Assembly: GCA_021846515.1 (NCBI GenBank)
Contig: JAJZWU010000008.1
Coordinates: 20,729-84,728 of the forward strand
Origin: Actinomycetes bacterium
GTDB taxonomy: Bacteria > Actinomycetota > Acidimicrobiia > Acidimicrobiales > JAMCPL01
Length of the DNA: 64,000 nt
Direction of reading: 5' to 3'
Both the position numbers and the translations under genes were made by a program. Numbering within the stretch: the stretch's first letter is position 1; every line of letters starts with the position of its first letter. The notes under the pieces are model-generated. The model ran no database searches. It worked only from the letters and a program-made list of their open reading frames with translations, and was not told the origin of the DNA. Below are positions 27,541 through 36,313 of this stretch, piece by piece.

Positions 27541-28934
27541 TACGCGTGAACGATAGCTGATGGGGGCGGAATAACACCCGGTGAAGGACTACCCCCGGGG
27601 CCGGCAGTCAGGCAAGAGTCCAAATGAGCAGGGTTGGCGGGGGAGGGAAGCGTGGGCGGCGTAGCAAATACTGCATGAGAAAAGTCAAGAAAATCGAGCA
27701 TGTTGTTTGCATTGGCATCACGGGCAGTCAGCGCCGGCAGATTCCACTTGGTCTCGACCAGCCGTAGTATAGATGTATGGTCGTATACTTGATGGGAAAC
27801 AAAGTTTGCCTTTGAATAAGGACTGACCACTATTGCGGGAACACGAAAACCGTATCGTGCAAACCCGTCGTACTGCTCATCTGCCGGGGCATTCGGAGGT
27901 ATGCCATCGGGGGGAACTGCATTCGGAGGAGGTACATGGTCGAAATAGCCACCGTGTTCATCGTAAGTAATCACCAGAACCGTCTTTGACCATTTTGGCC
28001 CTGACATCAAAGCATTAACTACCTTGGAAATAAATACATCGCCAAACTGAATGTCCTGCCCCTCGCCCTCAGAGTTTCCTTCCGTACTGCCACTTTGTGT
28101 GAACTGAGGATCTATGAGCGAGAATGCCGGCAGTGTTCCTGCCTGAGCATCTGCGTAAAATTGTGAAATGTGCACGACGCTGCCTGCAGGAGCTTTTTTA
28201 GCTCCGGAGCCAAGCAGGAACAAATCTACAGTAGCCAGGTCTGAATAGTAATCGCGCCATGATATATTGTAAGAATCGAGCATGTCCATTATCGTTCCAT
28301 TGGCGGGATACGGAGCCGAAAAATCGTCTTTAACAAGTCCGGAAGAGGTAGCGGCAAGTAGGTAGCGACGGTTTGGAAAGGTAGGCCCCATTACTGAGCA
28401 AAAATAATTATCCCCAATTGGAAAGGTACGAGCCAGCCCATAGGTAAATGGTATAGTCGCTCCGGTATAATATCCCATCGCTGCAGGACCGCTGGCGCTC
28501 TTGGCAAAGCCCTGGTTGGTTCCATGATCATACTGAAAATGGCTATCGTACCAAGATTGAACCGGCTGCGCTTCCGTGCGGCAGGGATTAGGATCGGGAA
28601 ATGCCCGCACAAGCTCGCCATTGCGATATGGATTGGCCTCAGTGGGCAAACCATTGGGTCCAAGCTTAAAACCATTACCTCTGCCAAGCATGCCCAGCAA
28701 ATGGTCGAAGGAACGGTTTTCCTCCATCAAGACCACTATGTGATCTATCTCTGGAATGGTATCTGTTCCAGGTTTCAGCTTTGGGTAGGGGAGGCTACCT
28801 GCCTTCAATTGAGTACTGGTTGGCGGGAATATATGCTTGGGCGATCTGGTTGTACTACATCCGGCAAGCAACCCTCCCCCCACTGCTCCCATTGCACCAT
28901 ATGCGCCCATTAAGAGTAGGTCACGACGAGACAT
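27540..28934 (-). CDS. phosphoesterase family protein (phospholipase C / acid phosphatase AcpA family), Tat-exported lipoprotein
   Basis: It has IDHIVVLMEENRSFDHLLG, ITYDEHGGYFDHVPPP and RVPAIVVSPY. The twin-arginine signal MSRRDLLL is followed by lipobox LAGCS. The likely start is ATG 28934 (the ORF opens at 29060). Confidence 0.85.
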   Translation of the reverse strand: MSRRDLLLMGAYGAMGAVGGGLLAGCSTTRSPKHIFPPTSTQLKAGSLPYPKLKPGTDTIPEIDHIVVLMEENRSFDHLLGMLGRGNGFKLGPNGLPTEANPYRNGELVRAFPDPNPCRTEAQPVQSWYDSHFQYDHGTNQGFAKSASGPAAMGYYTGATIPFTYGLARTFPIGDNYFCSVMGPTFPNRRYLLAATSSGLVKDDFSAPYPANGTIMDMLDSYNISWRDYYSDLATVDLFLLGSGAKKAPAGSVVHISQFYADAQAGTLPAFSLIDPQFTQSGSTEGNSEGEGQDIQFGDVFISKVVNALMSGPKWSKTVLVITYDEHGGYFDHVPPPNAVPPDGIPPNAPADEQYDGFARYGFRVPAIVVSPYSKANFVSHQVYDHTSILRLVETKWNLPALTARDANANNMLDFLDFSHAVFATPPTLPSPANPAHLDSCLTAGPGGSPSPGVIPPPSAIVHA

Positions 28935-29162
28935 ATTATATCTGGCGGCAATAGGACGAGCATTCACATCACTGACAGGTAGTACAACTCCATGTCCACC
29001 GACACCGCCCAGGGCATTAACTCTATTTACAGTGGAATTTTCATCAGTACGATCTTGCATAGATATATACTATACTAATTTGGCTTTTCATTGCTTAACT
29101 CTCCTGGAACCAGGGTCGAATACTCTCTTGCTCATACAACGCCACCGGTTCACGGCAAAAAC

Positions 29163-30605
29163 TTAGGGCGATAGAACTGGAGTAGAGGGCATTCCGGCTG
29201 TACCCTCTACATTGTACGGTATTACCCTGTAATAAGAAGGAGAGGCCGGTGAGGTCTCATCTGTCCAGGGCGTCTGGTCGTCAGTTGCGCATTTAGAGCA
29301 GATGGTTGTCCATGGTCCCAGTTTACTGAATGATCGTTGTACGCTGTAATTAAGTGCGTCAGTCGTACCACGCCATGCTATTACGTTCAGGCCGTTTTTC
29401 TGCTGTATGCTGGTAATCAACGGCTGGCCAGGTGGAGGCTCCGGCGGCACCCCAAGCCCTCTAGCTTCTATAGCAGCTCTGTTCGGGATGGGCTGGTTCA
29501 TGGCATAGTTAAAGTCCCTTATCGCATGGTCACGGCTTCGCATTGCAGAGGATACCCCAGGAAAGTGAAGGGTTTCGCCATCATTATGCTGATCGTATCC
29601 GTAGGTGTTGCGATGGGCAAACAGCGACCAGAACGCGGCACCTGAGACGTTCTTATCTGATACAAGCGGAGCCAATAGGGACTCCCTTGCCACTATGGAT
29701 CCATATTCTCCCGCTACAAATACCTTGCCGGCCTTGGCAACCTGAGCAGCATTAGATTCAATAAATGAAGCTGTCTCCAACGGAGGATAATAGTGACAAT
29801 CTACGATATTTACATCTGGTGAAGATAAGGTTGCCGGATCGACACCAAACTGCTGTCCTGCCGCTATAAGCTGATGAGGAGCCAAGTTATGGATAAATGA
29901 AGATATCTTGTTAATCCAACTGGGAGTCATGCCATTCAGCTCATTGCCCAATTCCCAAGTCATGATAGTCGGATCATTTTTATATGCAAGTCCAGTATAG
30001 GGATTGACATGATTAAGTAGGTGGCTGATGTACTGTTCAAAAGCAACTATTGCTTTTGGTGATGTATAAAAGGCGCTGGAGGGAAGCCCCAGCCACTGCG
30101 TAAAGGTATGATAGCTTCCTTCATAGTAATGCCAGTTGTCAGTCAGGGGAATAATTAGCCTAATACCTAATTTGTGTGCCTCATAAATTGAATAGTCTAT
30201 GGTATTGAACGCTTTTTCGTTGAACTGCCCTAATTTTGGCTCAACACTTAGCGGATTGCCCACAGATATGCCCAGGGTATGTGACCTCACCACAGTGACC
30301 CCCATGTCGGCAGCAGTCTGCAACGCATCTTTGATTTGAAAGTCGGTGGCATAATGAACATTGCCGATATTGGAATACAGCCCCAGCCAATATATATTGG
30401 CGCCGCCAAAGCGAAACCGCCTACCGTTCAACATAAGTTTTGATCCTGATTGCGTTACAAAATTAGAGTCTGTATAGTGCGGGGCAGAATACGGGGAACA
30501 CGCACTAAGCATGCCTACTGTAGACAGCAATACAACTATGACCTGTAACCGTGGCCATAATCGACACCCTTGCCACATCCTCTGTCTTTGCAAGGCACGT
30601 TTCAT
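29163..30605 (-). CDS. glycoside hydrolase family 5 (mannanase/cellulase-like) lipoprotein with C-terminal FN3-like domain
   Basis: It has a signal peptide with lipobox LSACS. GH5 blocks are VVRSHTLG, WELGNELNG (acid/base) and FVAGEYG (nucleophile). The C-terminal 90 aa or so are FN3-like (NYSVQRS...YYRVIPYN). Confidence 0.8.
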   Translation of the reverse strand: MKRALQRQRMWQGCRLWPRLQVIVVLLSTVGMLSACSPYSAPHYTDSNFVTQSGSKLMLNGRRFRFGGANIYWLGLYSNIGNVHYATDFQIKDALQTAADMGVTVVRSHTLGISVGNPLSVEPKLGQFNEKAFNTIDYSIYEAHKLGIRLIIPLTDNWHYYEGSYHTFTQWLGLPSSAFYTSPKAIVAFEQYISHLLNHVNPYTGLAYKNDPTIMTWELGNELNGMTPSWINKISSFIHNLAPHQLIAAGQQFGVDPATLSSPDVNIVDCHYYPPLETASFIESNAAQVAKAGKVFVAGEYGSIVARESLLAPLVSDKNVSGAAFWSLFAHRNTYGYDQHNDGETLHFPGVSSAMRSRDHAIRDFNYAMNQPIPNRAAIEARGLGVPPEPPPGQPLITSIQQKNGLNVIAWRGTTDALNYSVQRSFSKLGPWTTICSKCATDDQTPWTDETSPASPSYYRVIPYNVEGTAGMPSTPVLSP

Positions 30606-30767
30606 CAGTTATATTATAACCCTCCAATGTACATCATCGCGGAAGTCTGCAGGCAGCCATGGTGGTACAATAAAACTATGAAATGGCTTGTGTCGGTGCA
30701 TGAAAGCATTTTTTGTTAAACTGTAGATTGCTGTAACTGTTGGAATCGCCTTAGAAAGGGGGCAAGT

Positions 30768-32747
30768 ATGTCAAATATAGATGAACTACCTGAACTGCCA
30801 CCAATGGTACGTGAGAGTCACCTTGTGCAGCCTCCCCGAAAACCAACAGGTCGATTGGGGATGTCAACGCTACAGGATTACAATGATCTGTACAAAAAGT
30901 CACTTGATGATCCGGGGGCATATTGGGTATCTGTAGGTGATGAACTCGAATGGATGTCAGGATGGCCTCCCGATCCGGCAATGACGGGGAATCTTGAAGA
31001 AGGTTTTCAATACTTTCCCGGCGCTTATGGAAACGCCAGCATAAATTGCGTAGATCGCCATGCTGCCAGGTCACCCGGACGTACCGCAATTCAATGGATC
31101 GGCGAAGATGGCTCAGAGCGCTTATGGACATATCCGGAGCTGCTTGAACAAACTGCCCGATTTGCTCAGGCACTTTCAGAGATGGGAATCAAGAAGGGAG
31201 ATGTAGTAGCTATCTTCCTGCCCAACCTTCCGGAAACCTTTGCTGCCGTACAGGCATGTTACAGAATAGGTGCTATATACAATATAATCTTCTCGGGATT
31301 TTCTCCACAGGCCCTGGCGGATAGGATCGAAGATACTGGAGCAAAAGTAGTGGTGACCGCGGATGAGACCTACCGGCGAGGCAATGTAATCCCGCTAAAG
31401 AAAAACCTCGATTCCGTTCTTCCCAAATTGCCAACTATTGAGCATGTTGTCGTGGTCAGAAGAACTGGAAATACTGACGTGCCGATGTCGCCTCCTCGTG
31501 ATATATACTGGGACGACCTACTTTCCAAGACTACATCCCTGGCAGATCCGGTTGCCATGGAAGCCAACGAACCGGCATTCATTATATATACCAGCGGTAC
31601 CAGCGCAAAGCCAAAAGGACTGGTGCACAGTGGGCTTGGTTTTCTTGTGGGCGCTTACCACAATACCAAGATGGCGCTTGATCTATGTGATTCAGATATG
31701 TACTGGTGTACCGCAGATACAGGATGGCTTACCTTCCCTATATTTGAACTGGTGGGAGCCACTGCGATGGGAGCAACCATGCTGGCCTACGAAGGCGCTC
31801 TGGACTTTCCCTCCCCGGATCGATTCTATGAAATAGTGGAACGCTTCCAGGTAAACAAGGTATTTACCGCACCTACCCTTTTACGGATGTTGGCGCGATA
31901 TGGAACACATTGGCTTGACAAACACGACGTGTCAAGACTTGAGTTGATCTCACTGGTGGGTGAACCGCTGGATGCAAAGACTTGGCACTGGACTCACGAT
32001 AACATCGGCAACGGGCAATTGGAGATAAATAACACCTACGGCCAGAGCGAGACAGGTAGTGCATGGACATCATCAATAGTAGGAGTCACTCCGGCCAAGC
32101 CCGGCTCGTGTGGACAGGCCCTGCCGGGACATGGCTATGTTATCCTGGACAACGACAACAATCCGGCTCCACGGGGGCAGGTAGGCTTCTTGGCGCTGGA
32201 TAAACCATTTCCAACTCTGTTCAGGGATATATGGCGTGACCATGATCGATACAGGACACAGTACTTTACACGTTTGGGGCCATCGCTATACGATACTGCA
32301 GATGCCGCACTTGAGGATAACGACGGACATGTATGGGTAGTGGGTAGAGTAGACGGAGTCATAAACGTAGCGGCGCACAGGTTGTCGACGATGGAGATGG
32401 AAAGCGCCCTGCTATCTGCTCCCGGTGTAGCAGAAGCTGCTGTGATAGGCGTGCCGGACGATACCAAGGGGCAGGTACCGGTTGGTTTTGTAACACTGGC
32501 ATCCGGCAAGGATGGGACGATAAGCGAAGCTGATCTTGCTCAGCGCCTGGTTGATTCCATAGGTCCTATAGCCAGGCCAAAGCAGATATACCTGCTGTCT
32601 GTCATGCCAAAGACACGCAGTGGAAAGATTGTCCGCCGCCTATTGGCGGAGCTGGTAACAGACGGAAGGGCGACCGGAGATACCACCGGGCTTGAAGATC
32701 CGGAAGTTCTGGACAGGCTAAAAGCGGAGCTCACCGGCCAAAACTAA
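30768..32747 (+). CDS. acs: acetyl-CoA synthetase (AMP-forming)
   Basis: 659 aa. It has IIYTSGTSAKPKGLVHS (AMP-binding motif), YGQSETG and PKTRSGKIVRRLL. Confidence 0.9.
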   Translation: MSNIDELPELPPMVRESHLVQPPRKPTGRLGMSTLQDYNDLYKKSLDDPGAYWVSVGDELEWMSGWPPDPAMTGNLEEGFQYFPGAYGNASINCVDRHAARSPGRTAIQWIGEDGSERLWTYPELLEQTARFAQALSEMGIKKGDVVAIFLPNLPETFAAVQACYRIGAIYNIIFSGFSPQALADRIEDTGAKVVVTADETYRRGNVIPLKKNLDSVLPKLPTIEHVVVVRRTGNTDVPMSPPRDIYWDDLLSKTTSLADPVAMEANEPAFIIYTSGTSAKPKGLVHSGLGFLVGAYHNTKMALDLCDSDMYWCTADTGWLTFPIFELVGATAMGATMLAYEGALDFPSPDRFYEIVERFQVNKVFTAPTLLRMLARYGTHWLDKHDVSRLELISLVGEPLDAKTWHWTHDNIGNGQLEINNTYGQSETGSAWTSSIVGVTPAKPGSCGQALPGHGYVILDNDNNPAPRGQVGFLALDKPFPTLFRDIWRDHDRYRTQYFTRLGPSLYDTADAALEDNDGHVWVVGRVDGVINVAAHRLSTMEMESALLSAPGVAEAAVIGVPDDTKGQVPVGFVTLASGKDGTISEADLAQRLVDSIGPIARPKQIYLLSVMPKTRSGKIVRRLLAELVTDGRATGDTTGLEDPEVLDRLKAELTGQN

Positions 32748-32794
32748 TTCCCGTTGCATAGCATGCAAACAGTCTGTAACCACCTATAATTGTT

Positions 32795-33226
32795 TCAGGC
32801 CAACCTACCACCAAGGTAATCTTCGTAAGCACTCAAGTCGAGCAGTCCGTGACCGGAGTAATCAAAGAGTATGACACGCTCAGAACCCTCCTCCCTTGCA
32901 GCAATGGCTTCATCTATGACTGCCCTGATAGTATGGCTTGTTTCAGGTGCAGGTATGCTCCCCTGGATGCGGGCAAACTGCACCGCAGCTTCAAACGTCT
33001 TTCCCTGCGGGTAAGCGACGGCTTCCATGCGGCCACTGCGTACCAACTCGGAAATTATCGGCGCATCTCCATGATAACGTAGACCTCCTGCATGTATGGA
33101 TGGAGGAACAAAATCGTGCCCAAGCGTGTACATGGACAGCAGCGGAGTCAGTCCGGCAGTATCTCCAAAATCGTACTCGTACCTGCCTTCGGTAAGCGTA
33201 GGGCATGACGATGGCTCCACTGCCAC
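32795..33226 (-). pseudogene. 5'-truncated TrpB2-type tryptophan synthase beta-like gene remnant (C-terminal 140 aa or so only)
   Basis: The 143-aa ORF matches only the C-terminal third of PLP-dependent TrpB-like enzymes ([30 protein letters not shown]). The upstream sequence is AT-rich and non-coding. Confidence 0.65.
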
Positions 33227-33289
33227 CAGCCGCCGAGTTCACTTGAATGAACTATACAAACAATTTATTATCAATATTTTAATATTCTC

Positions 33290-33320
33290 TTGACCTTCCA
33301 CCATGCTGTAAGGTGCACAA
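33290..33320 (+). promoter_or_regulatory. MerR-family (MerR/CueR-type) operator-promoter upstream of merA
   Basis: A -35-like TTGACC (33290-33295) overlaps a 22-nt imperfect palindrome, ACCTTCCACCATGCTGTAAGGT (33293-33314), with 18 of 22 positions symmetric. A weak -10 candidate, CACAAT/TATATA, lies 19-20 nt or more downstream. This overlong-spacer architecture is typical of MerR-family promoters. Confidence 0.45.
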
Positions 33321-33482
33321 TATATATATATCGACAGCTTCTACCTGAGCTAGTACTCATTATTCGGTTGTATGCAATCTCAGGTTAGAGAGTGACACGA
33401 TAGAACAGGTAGACGGTAATAACGGGCAGTGTAATCCGTAAAGACTGTAATTACCGATAGAGAACAAGACAGGAGATGCGAA

Positions 33483-35183
33483 ATGACCGATTTACAGGAA
33501 CTTTTCGGAAAAGGACAAAGAGCTCTAATAAAAATAGAAGGAATGAGCTGCAACGATTGCGAACACCATATCAAGGCTGCTCTTGCAGGGGCAGGTGCGG
33601 ACAATGTAGAGGCAAGCTGGAAAAAGGGAGAGGCTCAATTCACCTGGACGGCCGGAGTAAGCGACTCCACTTTGAAGAGTGCCATACGGGCCGCCGGATA
33701 CCGTCCCGGAGAAATCAGAGTACCGGATCAAGCATTACAAGAGAATACACCACCCAAACCGGAAAAGACTTATGGTGAATCGCCTGATCCAGATTACGAT
33801 CTGATTATCATTGGCGCAGGTTCCGCTGCATTTGCCGGAGCAATAAAAGCCTCAGAAGCCGGTTACCGGGTTGGCATAGTGGAAAAGGGTACCATAGGTG
33901 GCACCTGCGTAAATATAGGCTGCGTCCCATCAAAAGCTCTATTGAAAGCAGGTGAGGCTTACTGGCAAGCTGGTCATCATCCGATAGAGGGTATCTCGAC
34001 AAGCGCTGGGGCAATAGATCTTGGAGCTGTAGTTGCCCAGAAGGATGCCTTAGTGTCGGATCTAAGAAAGACAAAGTATACAGACTTGGTTGCCGCCTAT
34101 GGTTTTGAGGTAATCCAGGGCTTTGCTCGGTTTACCAGTCCTGACACAATAGTGGTCGAGGGTAACTCCATCTCTGCTCGGATGTTTATAGTTGCCACCG
34201 GGGCATCACCGGCAATACCGCCTATCCCAGGTCTGGCAGATACAGGTTACCTCACCTCCACCACAGCCCTCGACCTCAAAGAGATCCCCGGTCGCCTGGC
34301 GGTAATAGGAGCAAACGCCATTGGGCTGGAATTGGGGCAGTTCTTCCAGCACGCAGGATCGTCTGTCACCTTTATCGATATAGCTGATCGGATTGCACCA
34401 TTCGAGGAGCCGGAGGTATCGGATATTCTGTCCAAAGTCATTACCGGTCAGGGGGGCACCGTGTATACTGGCGCTCAAGTTCTAAAGGTGGAGCAGGCAG
34501 GAGAACATATAGACATCCACATCTCTGTTTCGGGCAGACAGCTTGTGATGCCTGCAGATAAGATCCTGGTGGCAACCGGCAGACGGCCAAACACGGATGG
34601 ACTCGATTTGGAGATTGCCGGGATAGAGACCGGAAATACCGGAGCAATAACTGTAGACGGCTATCTACGCACCACAAACCCCAGGGTATTTGCAGCAGGT
34701 GACGTAACCGGATCACCGCAGTTCGTTTACGTATCTGCATACGAAGGTGCAATGGCCGTAGACAATGCATTGTTGGATGCCGGTAGAGAGGTGGACCTAA
34801 GAGGGCTTCCCTGGGTTACCTTTACGTTGCCACAAGTTGCCTCGGCCGGAATTACCGAAGCTCAGGCACATGCATCAGGAAGGAATGTAATAGTATCCAT
34901 ACTGCCACTTTCAGCCGTACCTAGAGCTTTGGTAAATCACGATACCGCCGGGCTCGTAAAACTTGTAGCTGATAGCGCTTCCCGTCAGCTCCTGGGTGCT
35001 TCAATAATTTCAGAAAACGCCGGTGAGGTTATCCAGAGTGCCGTATTGGCTATCCGGCACAATATCACAGTGGATGAACTGGCTGGCACCTTCCATCCCT
35101 ACCTAACCATGGCAGAGAGCATAAAGCTCGCCGCACAGACCTTTGATCGTGATGTATCAAAGTTGTCATGTTGCGCTGCATGA
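33483..35183 (+). CDS. merA: mercuric reductase MerA with N-terminal heavy-metal-associated (NmerA) domain
   Basis: It has the HMA motif GMSCNDCEHH, the redox-active GGTCVNIGCVPSK, the FAD site IIIGAGSAAFAGA, and a C-terminal vicinal cysteine pair ending LSCCAA. Confidence 0.9.
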   Translation: MTDLQELFGKGQRALIKIEGMSCNDCEHHIKAALAGAGADNVEASWKKGEAQFTWTAGVSDSTLKSAIRAAGYRPGEIRVPDQALQENTPPKPEKTYGESPDPDYDLIIIGAGSAAFAGAIKASEAGYRVGIVEKGTIGGTCVNIGCVPSKALLKAGEAYWQAGHHPIEGISTSAGAIDLGAVVAQKDALVSDLRKTKYTDLVAAYGFEVIQGFARFTSPDTIVVEGNSISARMFIVATGASPAIPPIPGLADTGYLTSTTALDLKEIPGRLAVIGANAIGLELGQFFQHAGSSVTFIDIADRIAPFEEPEVSDILSKVITGQGGTVYTGAQVLKVEQAGEHIDIHISVSGRQLVMPADKILVATGRRPNTDGLDLEIAGIETGNTGAITVDGYLRTTNPRVFAAGDVTGSPQFVYVSAYEGAMAVDNALLDAGREVDLRGLPWVTFTLPQVASAGITEAQAHASGRNVIVSILPLSAVPRALVNHDTAGLVKLVADSASRQLLGASIISENAGEVIQSAVLAIRHNITVDELAGTFHPYLTMAESIKLAAQTFDRDVSKLSCCAA

Positions 35184-35218
35184 GCCGGGAGGCTGCAGAG
35201 ACGTATTAAATTATCATA

Positions 35219-36241
35219 GTGAGTTTAATCCAAGTCATCTTAATGGCTGCCAGCATTCTAGCTATCGTAATCGGCGCAGAGCTATTCACCAACGCAGTGG
35301 AGTGGGCAGGACACCTGCTGGGGTTGGGAACCGGCGCTACAGGAAGCCTGTTGGCGGCATTGGGTACCTCCCTACCGGAGACGATAGTACCTATAGTGGC
35401 GATCATTGTAGGCAAGCCACAATCGACGGCAATTGCCACCGGAGCAGTACTTGGTTCTTCTTTCATGCTTCTTGGCCTTGGAGTGGGGATCACCGGTATT
35501 GTGGTAACGCTGAGACACCACAAATCGCCCTCCGCGCCCAATCCCAGTCCCGGCCTGAAGATACCTGCATCTCAAGGGCGGCGGGATCTTGGAGTATTTC
35601 TGGCGGCATTTTCTGTGTCCCTTCTGATAGTGCCGTTTCCCTTTGCTGTTCATTTTGCCTGGGGAATCTGTTTGATCATCCTATACTCCGTATATGTAAT
35701 TGCTACCTTGAAGGGCAGTACTCCGAGCGGTAAAGCCCCTGAGCCGCTCCATATCACGTTCCATAAAAAGCCTATACCACACTGGAGCCTGGTGACACTT
35801 CAACTGGTAGTTGCAACTGCCATGCTTATTGCTGGCTCCGATCTATTCGTTACCCAAATTGGCAGAGCCGCCACCGGTATCCACATAAATCCACTGTTGT
35901 TGGCTCTTGTGGTAATACCACTGGCAACAGAATTCCCAGAGACGCTAAACAGCGTCCTTTGGGTCCGCTCCGGGGCTGACAGCCTGGCTTTTGGTAATGT
36001 TGCCGGCTCTGCAACATTTCAAGGCTGCATTCTCGGGTTTATCGCCGTATCGTTTACTCCGTGGCGACTTCCTCCGGTGGCAGTCATCAGCGCTGGATTG
36101 ACAATACTGACTGCTGCATACCTGCTGTTTATCCTGCGAAACGGTCACAGTAAGGGTATATACCTGCTGCTGGCTGCACTCCCGTGGACATTGTTCGTAT
36201 CGTTGGAGATGAGCTTGGCTGCAATCGGCACTTCCCACTGA
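35219..36241 (+). CDS. sodium/calcium exchanger (CaCA) family membrane protein
   Basis: 340 aa with about 10 TM helices. It has two alpha-repeat motifs, ALGTSLPETIV and PLATEFPETLNSV. It has a GTG start 36 nt after the merA stop. Confidence 0.75.
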   Translation: MSLIQVILMAASILAIVIGAELFTNAVEWAGHLLGLGTGATGSLLAALGTSLPETIVPIVAIIVGKPQSTAIATGAVLGSSFMLLGLGVGITGIVVTLRHHKSPSAPNPSPGLKIPASQGRRDLGVFLAAFSVSLLIVPFPFAVHFAWGICLIILYSVYVIATLKGSTPSGKAPEPLHITFHKKPIPHWSLVTLQLVVATAMLIAGSDLFVTQIGRAATGIHINPLLLALVVIPLATEFPETLNSVLWVRSGADSLAFGNVAGSATFQGCILGFIAVSFTPWRLPPVAVISAGLTILTAAYLLFILRNGHSKGIYLLLAALPWTLFVSLEMSLAAIGTSH

Positions 36242-36313
36242 GTAGATGTAAGTCCCATAGCGTACCAATCGATCCTGAGCTACAGCGTCCACCCGGCAGC
36301 AAAAGGGCATCGT

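Noticed and set aside
33380-33604. 74-aa minus-strand ORF spanning the merA start region.
   Set aside because: It overlaps the well-supported merA N-terminal HMA domain and leader. It has no motifs and is likely spurious.
35143-35733. 196-aa plus-strand ORF overlapping the merA 3' end and the CaCA gene in another frame.
   Set aside because: The alternative frame (35219-36241) gives a clean polytopic membrane protein with both CaCA alpha-repeat motifs. This ORF product is Arg/Ser/Cys-rich and shows no recognisable fold.
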